A stretch of 64,000 nt of DNA from Patescibacteria group bacterium (lineage in GTDB: Bacteria > Patescibacteriota > Patescibacteriia > UBA10025 > JBIOWE01), in assembly GCA_044868145.1 (NCBI GenBank), contig JBIOWE010000006.1, positions 151,707 to 215,706 of the forward strand, in the 5' to 3' direction. How positions within the stretch are numbered: position 1 is the stretch's first letter; each line of letters opens with the position of its first letter. This document shows positions 55,628 to 64,000 of this stretch, piece after piece. Under the pieces are notes generated by a model. That model was not told where the DNA came from. It did no database searches and saw only the letters and a program-made list of their open reading frames with translations. The position numbers were made by a program, and so were the translations under genes.

Positions 55628-56602
55628 TTAATCAATGAATGATCGTAGGTCGCCTTCTGATGTTTTTCGCATTTTCATAATCTGCGCACGTTTTTTCATC
55701 ATTTTTGGTAGCAAAAAGAGAAATTGTAGGAAACCGAGGAATGTCGTTTGTTCCAAGAGAAAGACGTACAGAAATTTTCTGAGCTCGTACCAAATGATGA
55801 ACGGTAGATCTCGAAGAAAGTTGCTTGGTAACTCATTTTTTGCGATCATGAGCAACTGATTGCGATAGGACAAACGATTGATGAGCTTCCGGTCCTTGCG
55901 GGGTTGTAACGAGCGGATACGCCTGCTATGAAACGCGATTGCCGAAGGAACATACAGCGCTTTCCAGCCGGCGAGCTGTAATCGCCATGCCAGATCAACG
56001 TCTTCTTTGTAAGCAAAGAAATCTTCGTCGAAATATTCTTGTCCGAACTTGATTTGCTCAAGCGCTGCGCGACGCAAGAGAACCGCCGAACCGGAAAAGC
56101 CGAAGACGAATTCTTCCGCGTCATATTGCTTTTTGTCTGCTTCCCCTTCCCCCCGGTTGATTACCTTGCGTGATCGAAAGATTTGCAGGCTAGCAACGTC
56201 TATTCTAACAGAATATTGGCCATTTTTCAATGACGTGTTCGGCCGAAGTAGTTTGCCGGATGCGCTTCCGAGTGTTGTATCCCCTTCTATTTTGCTTATG
56301 AGAATTTCCAGGAATCTGGGTGAAAGCGTCACGTCCGGATTCAAGCAAAGAACGTAGGGCGTAATTGACGCGTTTATTGCCTGATTATGTGCCTTACAGT
56401 AGCCAGTGTTTCTGTCGTTACGTATGACTCGGATGTGAGGGGCTTTCTGGATATGTTCGAGCGTTCCGTCTTGCGATGCGTTATCGACGATAACGATTTC
56501 AAATGCGCGAAATGTCTGCGCTTGAATCGATGCAAGGCAGAGAGGCAAATCGTTTTTACTATTCCATGTAACGAGTGAAATTGTTAGTTTTGGATTTGAC
56601 AT
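55628..56602 (-). CDS. GT2 family glycosyltransferase
   Basis: VDNASQDG, NTGYCKAHN, LNPDV, FFAYKEDVDLAWR. Confidence 0.94.
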   Translation of the reverse strand: MSNPKLTISLVTWNSKNDLPLCLASIQAQTFRAFEIVIVDNASQDGTLEHIQKAPHIRVIRNDRNTGYCKAHNQAINASITPYVLCLNPDVTLSPRFLEILISKIEGDTTLGSASGKLLRPNTSLKNGQYSVRIDVASLQIFRSRKVINRGEGEADKKQYDAEEFVFGFSGSAVLLRRAALEQIKFGQEYFDEDFFAYKEDVDLAWRLQLAGWKALYVPSAIAFHSRRIRSLQPRKDRKLINRLSYRNQLLMIAKNELPSNFLRDLPFIIWYELRKFLYVFLLEQTTFLGFLQFLFLLPKMMKKRAQIMKMRKTSEGDLRSFID

Positions 56603-56651
56603 TGTGCGTGTTTCACGCTATTTTAGAATTAAAGAAGAGGAGGGAGGAGCC

Positions 56652-56774
56652 ATGAAGGCACTAATAAAAATTATCGAATTCCTTCTGACCGTTATTGGAT
56701 TCTTGGTTGCACTTGGGATGCTTCTCTACATTCTGGCCTTTCACAAGGACCGATCGGAGACAGTACAGAGCTAG
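56652..56774 (+). CDS. 40-aa single-TM peptide (not in the ORF track)
   Basis: MKALIKIIEFLLTVIGFLVALGMLLYILAFHKDRSETVQS; SD GGAGGAG; TTGACA-N17-TATTTT at 56596-56624. Confidence 0.7.
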   Translation: MKALIKIIEFLLTVIGFLVALGMLLYILAFHKDRSETVQS

Positions 56775-58288
56775 CTTTCGATCTTTTGCTCACCCCCATT
56801 GGGTGAGCTTTTGATTTGCATTATGATACTCGCGAATACGACAATGAACATAATGCCGAGCGGGTGGTTAAGGTATGGAGTCGTAAAATGGGTAATGATT
56901 AATGCAAGGAATGCAAACAGGAGTCCCAAGGTGAGCGCACGGCCTTCATCCGGCCTGGTCTGTATCAACATTAGTCCTTGGCGGGCGATGACCCAAAGGA
57001 AGTACACATATGCCGCCAGTCCCAGAAAACCCATTTTAAGCGCGATATCTAGATACCCCCATTCAAAGGCGTATGAGGTATAGTTTCCGCCATTCAGTTC
57101 TTTCGTTCGCGGATCGAGCGTTTGATACGTTACTGTGGTTCCAAATCCCGATCCAAAGATCGGGTGTTCAAGCGCTTTGCTCACAAGAGGCTTGAATAAT
57201 TGGAATCGGCTGCCGAGTGCGGGCTCCTCCGTTGTGGTAATGCGCTGGCGAATCAAACTCGCGGCCGAGGATCCGCTCCTCCCCCCAGGCAGTTGAACAT
57301 TAATAAGGAACGTGATAAACGCCACTTCGAGAACCGCTAGCCCGACCATTATCCCGATGACCCTGCCAAAACGTTGCCAGCCGATTTTCTCTTTGGCTAG
57401 CCAGTAGATAAAAAGCACCACGAGCGAGATTGCCAGGGCGAGCCAGAAGCTTCTTGAGAAACTGATAGTGAGCGTAAGGCTTGAAAGAATCGCCACAAGC
57501 CACACAACACGCCAATCTTCCTTGCGCCATGCATGCCTTTTTCTGCCAACCAGAAAAACAATTGCGATGAGAAACGCGAACAAAGCCCAGATATGGCTCT
57601 GGAAAAAGATGCGAAAGAAGTTTTCCGTGATTTGGGCAATTTCGCCGACCCCGGTATTGCGCACCCACCTATACATTAGTCGAATGAGCGTTTCATCGGT
57701 TTGATGGGAGAAGTAATACAGCAAAAAAAGCGTTTTTATCCCAATGACCGACACGCTTGCGAACATCGTTTGTAGGGTTTGTGAAATGCGCTTCCAATTA
57801 TTGATGACCGTGAAACCTACAAACAGTAATCCAAAATACAGATATCCATTGACGTCAAAAAAGATATTTTTTGGATCATTATGATATAAGACCCCCATGA
57901 CCACGCCAAGGATAAGGAATGCTAGTAAGATTAAAAAAGGTAAAAAAAACGGTGAACGTTTCAATGTAATTTTTCGCGCTCGGATGACATGAAAAAGCCA
58001 GCCGAGGAATACGGCGAGAAAAATGCCGAGCCGTATGGATACAGTGAATTCGCCCATGTCAAAAGAAAAGAGATACCCCTTTGATCCAACGATCAGCTCC
58101 GCGAGCGCGATCCAGAAACCATATTCAATTTTCCAAAATGACAAAACAAGCGCTGCGCCTAGCGTAAGAAAAAAAACTACATGGTTGATCGGTCCAACAA
58201 AGTATCCAAGAAACGATGCTATCTCAAAAATAATAAGCAGCCAAAATGTTATTTTAAAATGCTGGCCGTAGAGTTTTATCTGGTTCAT
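56771..58288 (-). CDS. O-antigen ligase/polymerase-like (WaaL/Wzy) membrane protein
   Basis: About 12 TM; SFSRSFWLAL, PIFGSGFG, ALKMGFLGL. Confidence 0.85.
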   Translation of the reverse strand: MNQIKLYGQHFKITFWLLIIFEIASFLGYFVGPINHVVFFLTLGAALVLSFWKIEYGFWIALAELIVGSKGYLFSFDMGEFTVSIRLGIFLAVFLGWLFHVIRARKITLKRSPFFLPFLILLAFLILGVVMGVLYHNDPKNIFFDVNGYLYFGLLFVGFTVINNWKRISQTLQTMFASVSVIGIKTLFLLYYFSHQTDETLIRLMYRWVRNTGVGEIAQITENFFRIFFQSHIWALFAFLIAIVFLVGRKRHAWRKEDWRVVWLVAILSSLTLTISFSRSFWLALAISLVVLFIYWLAKEKIGWQRFGRVIGIMVGLAVLEVAFITFLINVQLPGGRSGSSAASLIRQRITTTEEPALGSRFQLFKPLVSKALEHPIFGSGFGTTVTYQTLDPRTKELNGGNYTSYAFEWGYLDIALKMGFLGLAAYVYFLWVIARQGLMLIQTRPDEGRALTLGLLFAFLALIITHFTTPYLNHPLGIMFIVVFASIIMQIKSSPNGGEQKIES

Positions 58289-59235
58289 TTATGTACTGTA
58301 CCGATTATGTTCCAATGCCAAGCCAATTGATTCACAAAAGGAATACGCTCAATCAATGAGTCCATATTTTGGTACAATCGCTGCATCTGTTTGGACGGAT
58401 GTGCGTTTCCCTTGCTCATGCGTTCTTTGAGCCGAACGTACGAATCATAGAGTTCGAGCGTGTATTTCACGGGACGCATTTCGTTCAGTTCAATGCCGGT
58501 ATCGGCAAACAACCGTTCGATCTGCTGTTTGCTAAATCCTTCGGATGAGTCGTCGGCTACGGAGTCTACGCTGCGGTCACGGCGCTTTCGTATGAGCCGT
58601 TTTACCGGCGCCAAGAGCGGATAAATGAGTTTATAGGGCCAGCGATTTGGTTCAACCCCGAAGACGACTACCCCGCCGTTTTTGGTCACGCGCTTTATTT
58701 CCAAAAGTCCTTTCCCGGGGTTTTCGAGGTGGTGGAACGCGGCAGCCATCAACACACCATCAAAGCTGTTGTCGGCGAATGGTATATGTTCCGCGTCCGC
58801 GAGGATGAACGCGACGCGATCTTGGACGCCAATGTCGTTCGCGAGCTGTCGGGCGAGTTCCAGCGCCTTCAATGACACATCTGTCTCGATCACGTTTTGC
58901 CCTGCTTGCGCGATTTCAAAACCGTCGGCTCGGTTACCGCAACCCAGCTCCAAGATAAGCGAGTTGCGCGGCAGATCAACCAACGGTTTTCGAAAATGTT
59001 CGTGGAATGGTGCTGACCGGTTGTCGAGCTTGCGTTTGCCTTCTTGTTCGTAAGTCAAATCCCAAAATCGCTCCTCGGTTGTGCGAAAGAGGTTGTGGTC
59101 AGGTGGTAGAAGGTTGAGTATCCCGTTTTTTTCTTGAAACACTGTATGGCAGCCTTTATGGGAGTATCCATTATCTTTTTTTTCGAGCGGTGCGCCGTGA
59201 ATGGGACAATGGACGATCTGCGCGTAGTCAATCAT
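58285..59235 (-). CDS. Class I SAM-dependent methyltransferase with Trm112-like N-terminus
   Basis: CPIH...C, ILELGCGNR, ADAEHIPFADNSFD, FHHL. Confidence 0.9.
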   Translation of the reverse strand: MIDYAQIVHCPIHGAPLEKKDNGYSHKGCHTVFQEKNGILNLLPPDHNLFRTTEERFWDLTYEQEGKRKLDNRSAPFHEHFRKPLVDLPRNSLILELGCGNRADGFEIAQAGQNVIETDVSLKALELARQLANDIGVQDRVAFILADAEHIPFADNSFDGVLMAAAFHHLENPGKGLLEIKRVTKNGGVVVFGVEPNRWPYKLIYPLLAPVKRLIRKRRDRSVDSVADDSSEGFSKQQIERLFADTGIELNEMRPVKYTLELYDSYVRLKERMSKGNAHPSKQMQRLYQNMDSLIERIPFVNQLAWHWNIIGTVHK

Positions 59236-60082
59236 GGCTTTTTGTTAGGTCAACAATGAGCGCTAATACAATGCTGATTGGATAGAGCGCGAGAAGCGCG
59301 AGTGCGGAGGCCGGGGTGTCGTGCTTGATGAAATATCGAATCGCGCTGTCATTAAACCAAATTTGTTTTCTTACTGCTGATTGTTGGACGAAGCTTTTGG
59401 CTTTGTGATGGACGATTGTTGCCCTCGGGGTGTAGTATACTTGCCAGTTTTTGTTTTTTGCTCGTTTGCAAAAATCCACCTCCTCGAACCAAATGTAATA
59501 ATCTTTATCGAGTAATCCGATTGCATCGAACACCTTTTTTCTGACCATAAAAAAAGCGCCCATCACTTGGTCGACGGTCTGTTCTTGTTCATAATCAAAA
59601 TCCTTGGCGAAATATTTTTTGAGGGCGGGATGGTTCGGCGCAACATGATGCATTTTTAGGAAAATGAATGCCATCGCGGCGAGCGTTGGAAATCTCCTGA
59701 CTGAAGGTTGTAGCGTTTTATCTGTGTTCAAGAGTTTGCATCCGGCAATGCCGCATTGAGGTTTTTCTTTCATGAATCGTATTGTGGTGGTCAGCGCACC
59801 CTCCATGATCTCCGTATCTGGGTTGAGCAAGAGCACAAACTCCCCTTGGGCCTTTTGTATTGCTTGATCATTCGCTTCGGCAAACCCAATAGTGCGATCA
59901 AGAGCAATAAGGTTCACGGACGGGAACTGTTTCCGCACCATGTCCGCGCTTCCGTCGCTTGAACCATTATCAATAACAAAAACCTCGTGAGAGAGGTTTT
60001 TGGTCGTTCGTTCGATTGATGCAAGACACTTCTTTAATAATTCCTGGACGTTCCAATTGACGATTATCACGGATAAATCCAT
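59228..60082 (-). CDS. GT2 family glycosyltransferase
   Basis: MDLSVIIVNWN, IDNGSSDGS, LLNPD, WFEEVDFC; TACAAT 7 nt upstream of the ATG. Confidence 0.94.
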   Translation of the reverse strand: MDLSVIIVNWNVQELLKKCLASIERTTKNLSHEVFVIDNGSSDGSADMVRKQFPSVNLIALDRTIGFAEANDQAIQKAQGEFVLLLNPDTEIMEGALTTTIRFMKEKPQCGIAGCKLLNTDKTLQPSVRRFPTLAAMAFIFLKMHHVAPNHPALKKYFAKDFDYEQEQTVDQVMGAFFMVRKKVFDAIGLLDKDYYIWFEEVDFCKRAKNKNWQVYYTPRATIVHHKAKSFVQQSAVRKQIWFNDSAIRYFIKHDTPASALALLALYPISIVLALIVDLTKSHD

Positions 60083-60162
60083 ACGACATATTGTACAATT
60101 TTTTGGGGATTTTTGCAATGAGTTGAATATTCCTGATTGTTGTTGTACAATTAAATAAACTC

Positions 60163-60320
60163 TCCCCAATTCAAGGGGATTTTTTTATAGCTATTACCGC
60201 CCCTCTGGAACCGTTAGTACATATACAAAGCACGTATGATATCCCCTCCTTACCAAGGAGGGGATGAACGGACGACGTAGACTCGCCCCGCATGGTTTCT
60301 CGAGGGGAGGTCCGAGGGGC
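60163..60320. repeat. C-rich/G-rich hairpin REPs upstream of the DUF559 gene
   Basis: TCCCC..GGGGA; ATCCCCTCCTT-ACC-AAGGAGGGGAT (60241-60265); GAGGGGAGGTCCGAGGGG. Confidence 0.6.
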
Positions 60321-60333
60321 ATTCAAAAACCAA

Positions 60334-60690
60334 ATGACAATTCTTTTTAATAGAAAATCTTTAACGTCGAGGCGTAAAATTTTGAGACTCACGATGCCGA
60401 AAGCAGAGGTGATTCTTTGGCAATACTTAAAGGATAGGCAAATAGTCGGATATAAGTTCCGTAGGCAATATAGCATTAGTAAATATGTTGTTGATTTTTA
60501 TTGTCCGAGGAAGAAGTTGGCAATCGAAGTGGATGGACCAACACATTTTTCCCTGCAAGCGATGGAATATGATATCAAGCGCCAAGCATTGATTGAATCT
60601 TTTGGGATTAGGGTGATACGCGTAACGAATACAGATGTATATGAAAATATTCGAGGTGTAATAAATGAAATACAGAAGCATTTGGTATGA
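60334..60690 (+). CDS. DUF559 (Vsr-like) endonuclease
   Basis: RRKILR..MPKAE..LW..L, KFRRQY.I..YVVDFYC...LAIEVDG..H, RQ..IES.GIRVIR.TN. Confidence 0.92.
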   Translation: MTILFNRKSLTSRRKILRLTMPKAEVILWQYLKDRQIVGYKFRRQYSISKYVVDFYCPRKKLAIEVDGPTHFSLQAMEYDIKRQALIESFGIRVIRVTNTDVYENIRGVINEIQKHLV

Positions 60691-60827
60691 AAGCACTTAA
60701 TAATCGACTAATTTCTCGATGCGGGATTGATTCCGTTTGCCAAAAACGATAAAATGTGGTACAATTGACGTAATAAAATATATAAATCCTTTGAGAAGGA
60801 ATATTATTCCTTATTTTGTGTTTGCTC

Positions 60828-63800
60828 ATGGCTGTACGTCGTCGAAACAGAATAAATAAGAAAAGAAAAAAGACCAACGCAATGAAGGGGCGATTTCGCC
60901 TTCTTTTTGTTTTATCTATTGTTTGCATTGGTTTATTTTCCATGGGTATGGTCTTGGCTGCTGGGAATACTACCAACGTTACGGCTCAACCGACGTCGTG
61001 CACCGGCTGGCAAAACGCTAGCAAAGCGGAAGCAATTGATTTGCTTGGCTCGTCAGATCTTGGTAGTTTTTCCGGCCAAAACTCTTCGTTTTTCTATAAC
61101 TCCCCCACTCCTGCTGATGCGCTAAGCGCGCCCTCGAATATTCTTGATTGCGCATCTTTTACAGTAACCGATTCTTTGCCAGCACGGTCAACGATCACGC
61201 GGGCAGCCGTTTCTTTTTCCTTTGCAGCGAAGTCGTACCCGGAGAATGAGGATGTGGTGAGCTTTGCGTATTCATTGGATGGAACAAATTGGACGACGCT
61301 CGACTCATTTGCACTCACTGGTGATACAAGTAATGCCATCCACGAAGGTTATCGGGAATATCCCGTGACCGGCATCAGACCTGAAACGCTAGCGCAGCTT
61401 CGCGTGCGTGTGACCTATTTCGCGACGGAACCGACGCATGAGTCCGTAAGCTTTCTTGATAGCGTTCAATTACAGGTATCCTATGAAACGGCAAAAGGTC
61501 AGAAGCCTTTGGCATTACCCAATGACGTAGCTGTATTTACAAAAAAAGATTTCAAGCAGTCCGAGCAGCCATCTTTGGACGTTGAAGTTGAGCACCGTTC
61601 TCTGTTTGGATTTCTTGGCGTTGACCCGACTGTTCGCGCCGTGCACTCGATCCGTGTGGTCGATCCACATGGTGTTGAACGGGAAGGTATCGTGACCGAG
61701 CAACGGCATGATGAAGGCAGGAAAACTTTTGAGCAATATTCCCTCGATCCCGCAAACTTCACTTCACCAGGAAAGTACGAAGTGATTATTTCCATTGAGC
61801 AAGATGGACAAACCGAGCAGGTGCAAAAGGAATTCTCTTGGGGCGTGCTTGTCATGAACACGATGAAGTCGGTGTACCGTCCGGGCGAGACGGCGCATTT
61901 CGGCATGGGCGTGCTCGATCCGTCAGGCCACACCATCTGCGATGCGCAGTTAGAATTGCGTATTACTGATCCAAAGGGTCGTACAGCTCATCTCACAACG
62001 GCGAAAAGCCAAATTCGCTACTCGCAAGAATGCGGTCCCGATAACGTTACGAATTTGCCTGATTATTCAGCCGAATACGGGGTGGAGGGCGCTGGGGATT
62101 ATGCGCTTGTGCTAACCGCGACCACAGGCAGCGGCACGTATACGATTACTGACACGCTCTTTGTACGAGAGAGCATCCCTTTCGATATTATAAGAATTGG
62201 GCCGACGCGTATTTTTCCAAAAGCGAACTACGAAATGTTCCTTGAGATTGTACCGACGTATGATTACAAGGGAACAGTCGAAGAATTCGTACCTTCATCG
62301 CTCAGTCTGATTCGCATCGACCAAGCAGGGACGAGTTTTGAAGTTGATAAAAACACGACAGGCATTCGCTGGAATGTGGATTGGAAAGCCGGACTAGCAT
62401 ACACGTTGTCATACCAATTTGACCCTCCTGACGTGAGTCCGGATTTGCACGTCCTTGGTCCGGCAAAGGTCGGATCATTTCAAGAATATCGCCAGTGGCA
62501 AATCGCCTCGGACTCAACTGGTTCTGGGGCGCCGACCCGGCAATGGATGACGGGTTTTGAAAACAATACGACGACAGCTGATATCGAGTACACCGCCAAC
62601 GTCGGTTCGCCGACTGTACAAACCACGACCGTTCGTTCTGGAACGTACGCCATGCAAACGAACGTTTCGGCCACGACCGCCGGATTCAGCAACGACTTTG
62701 AGTCAGCTGACGCCGCGACTGGGCACTATTTCCGGGAGTACGTTCGGTTCACCACCTTGCCAAACGCCAACACCTTGATCATGGCTATCCGCGATTCCGG
62801 CGCCACCAACCAAGCCAGCATCCGGTATGACAACACGAATGCTAAGTTTGAGCTGTGGAACGAGGAGGACTCGGCGCAAATCGGTTCGGATTCGACCGGA
62901 ACCATTACCACCGGTACCTGGTACAGGCTGGAAATGTATGTTGACTTCGGAACGGCGGCAACCGGCGATACAATTGTGAAGGCACGTCTTAATGGCACAG
63001 AGTTTGCTGCGGCTACGAACGTCAACTGGGCCAACGGCGTTATGACCATGCAAGGCGGTATTATTACCACCAACGCCACCGCCAATGCGTTTATCGACGA
63101 CGTGGCGATTAACCTCGACTCAACAACCTCGGTCGCCGGCGAAGGCTACCCCGGCGAGGGGAAAATCATTTACCTGCGGCCGAACGGCAACGGGACGAAC
63201 ACGGCCTGGACCGGAGATTCCACCGCGGTTGACGAAGTGACGCCGAACGACGGTACCGATGTCATTAGTTGTTCCGCGAGCGCCCAAGCTGAGGATTATA
63301 CCTTAACCGATGCTACTGCCAACGGGGTCAATGCTCTTGATACCATCAAAGTTCTTCAGACGTATGTACGCGTAGGCAACTCATCATCCGGTTCGTCCCA
63401 CAACTATAGTATTGTCCTGAACCTGAGTGGGACGGCCGATACGGTATCGAACGTAACAATTGCTACTGCTACGACGTGGTTTACTATTGACGATACAAAA
63501 CCGCGAAATCCGACGACCACGATTGCGGCCACGGGCAACGTTTCTCAAGGGCAAGTATCGTATGATAAGCCTGGTACGACGACTGATCCCTGGACGCCGG
63601 CGGACGTTGATAGCGCCCAGGTCAACATCAACACGGGCGACTGTGCGCCGGTGACCAACATCAGCACCGTTTGGGTTGAAGTCGAGTACGTGGCCGCCGA
63701 GGGTGGCCGACTATACTCTTCGGGTTTCGAATTGCAAAGCACGACCGCTGACATGGAATACACCGCTAATGTCGGTTCGCCAACTATCAGCACCAGCACG

Positions 63801-64000
63801 GTCCGTTCTGGCGCGGCCTCGCTACGAGCCAACCCCTCCGCAACGACGGCCGGCATGAGCTACGATTTTCGCTCGGCCGACGATGCTACTGCAACGTTTT
63901 TCCGGGCTTATGTCCGGTTTACCACCTTCCCGAACGCCAACACGTTGATCATGGCCATTCGTGATAATGCGGCCACGAATCAAGCAAGTATTCGTTTTGA
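60828..64000 (+). CDS. Giant secreted/surface protein, 3'-truncated, with an MG2-like segment and ~390-aa repeats (not in the ORF track)
   Basis: Frame appears open to the window end; basic N-terminus plus TM; KSVYRPGE motif; repeat units start at 62538 and 63708. Confidence 0.85.
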   Translation, partial: MAVRRRNRINKKRKKTNAMKGRFRLLFVLSIVCIGLFSMGMVLAAGNTTNVTAQPTSCTGWQNASKAEAIDLLGSSDLGSFSGQNSSFFYNSPTPADALSAPSNILDCASFTVTDSLPARSTITRAAVSFSFAAKSYPENEDVVSFAYSLDGTNWTTLDSFALTGDTSNAIHEGYREYPVTGIRPETLAQLRVRVTYFATEPTHESVSFLDSVQLQVSYETAKGQKPLALPNDVAVFTKKDFKQSEQPSLDVEVEHRSLFGFLGVDPTVRAVHSIRVVDPHGVEREGIVTEQRHDEGRKTFEQYSLDPANFTSPGKYEVIISIEQDGQTEQVQKEFSWGVLVMNTMKSVYRPGETAHFGMGVLDPSGHTICDAQLELRITDPKGRTAHLTTAKSQIRYSQECGPDNVTNLPDYSAEYGVEGAGDYALVLTATTGSGTYTITDTLFVRESIPFDIIRIGPTRIFPKANYEMFLEIVPTYDYKGTVEEFVPSSLSLIRIDQAGTSFEVDKNTTGIRWNVDWKAGLAYTLSYQFDPPDVSPDLHVLGPAKVGSFQEYRQWQIASDSTGSGAPTRQWMTGFENNTTTADIEYTANVGSPTVQTTTVRSGTYAMQTNVSATTAGFSNDFESADAATGHYFREYVRFTTLPNANTLIMAIRDSGATNQASIRYDNTNAKFELWNEEDSAQIGSDSTGTITTGTWYRLEMYVDFGTAATGDTIVKARLNGTEFAAATNVNWANGVMTMQGGIITTNATANAFIDDVAINLDSTTSVAGEGYPGEGKIIYLRPNGNGTNTAWTGDSTAVDEVTPNDGTDVISCSASAQAEDYTLTDATANGVNALDTIKVLQTYVRVGNSSSGSSHNYSIVLNLSGTADTVSNVTIATATTWFTIDDTKPRNPTTTIAATGNVSQGQVSYDKPGTTTDPWTPADVDSAQVNINTGDCAPVTNISTVWVEVEYVAAEGGRLYSSGFELQSTTADMEYTANVGSPTISTSTVRSGAASLRANPSATTAGMSYDFRSADDATATFFRAYVRFTTFPNANTLIMAIRDNAATNQASIRF

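Noticed and set aside
62538-64000. DGR template/variable repeat pair
   Set aside because: Both copies are in-frame coding, differences are not adenine-specific, and no reverse transcriptase is in the window
1-64000. tRNA, rRNA, tmRNA, SRP or known riboswitches
   Set aside because: No cloverleaf/T-loop or other diagnostic motifs seen by eye in intergenic regions; tRNAscan or cmscan would be needed to exclude them formally

Overview
Bacterial chromosomal window using genetic code 11 (TGA is used as stop). Gene content (DUF4012 and DUF2207 proteins, two mreB paralogues, a giant surface protein, a short ProRS, many REP-like intergenic hairpins) suggests a Patescibacteria/CPR (Parcubacteria-like) genome; this is inference. 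About 60 CDSs are present: a non-oxidative pentose-phosphate/aldolase cluster, fmt-def-priA, xseAB, a DinB cassette, dcd, gltX/serS/lysS/proS, greA, mreBCD-mrdA, rseP-frr, holB, a glycosylation cluster, and a giant repeat protein that runs off the end. Genes are mostly on the + strand up to ~30.5 kb and almost all on the - strand from 30.7 to 60 kb. Close to this convergence point are a single Xer recombinase and a dif-like 28-bp site overlapping its promoter, so this is probably the replication terminus. The most novel-looking element is an ORF-free stretch at 34.92-35.62 kb holding four tandem, independently promoted and terminated small structured RNA units. Three of them share a conserved 3' hairpin with a 2x2 purine internal loop but differ in their bodies. 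Other highlights: an unlisted AbrB-fold micro-regulator whose promoter is tiled by six 11-bp-phased repeats next to a DinB cassette; a 40-aa membrane peptide oriented antisense within the glycosylation operon; a split between leaderless core genes and stand-alone cassettes with strong SD sequences; and a helicase-dead PriA. No tRNA, rRNA or CRISPR array was seen.
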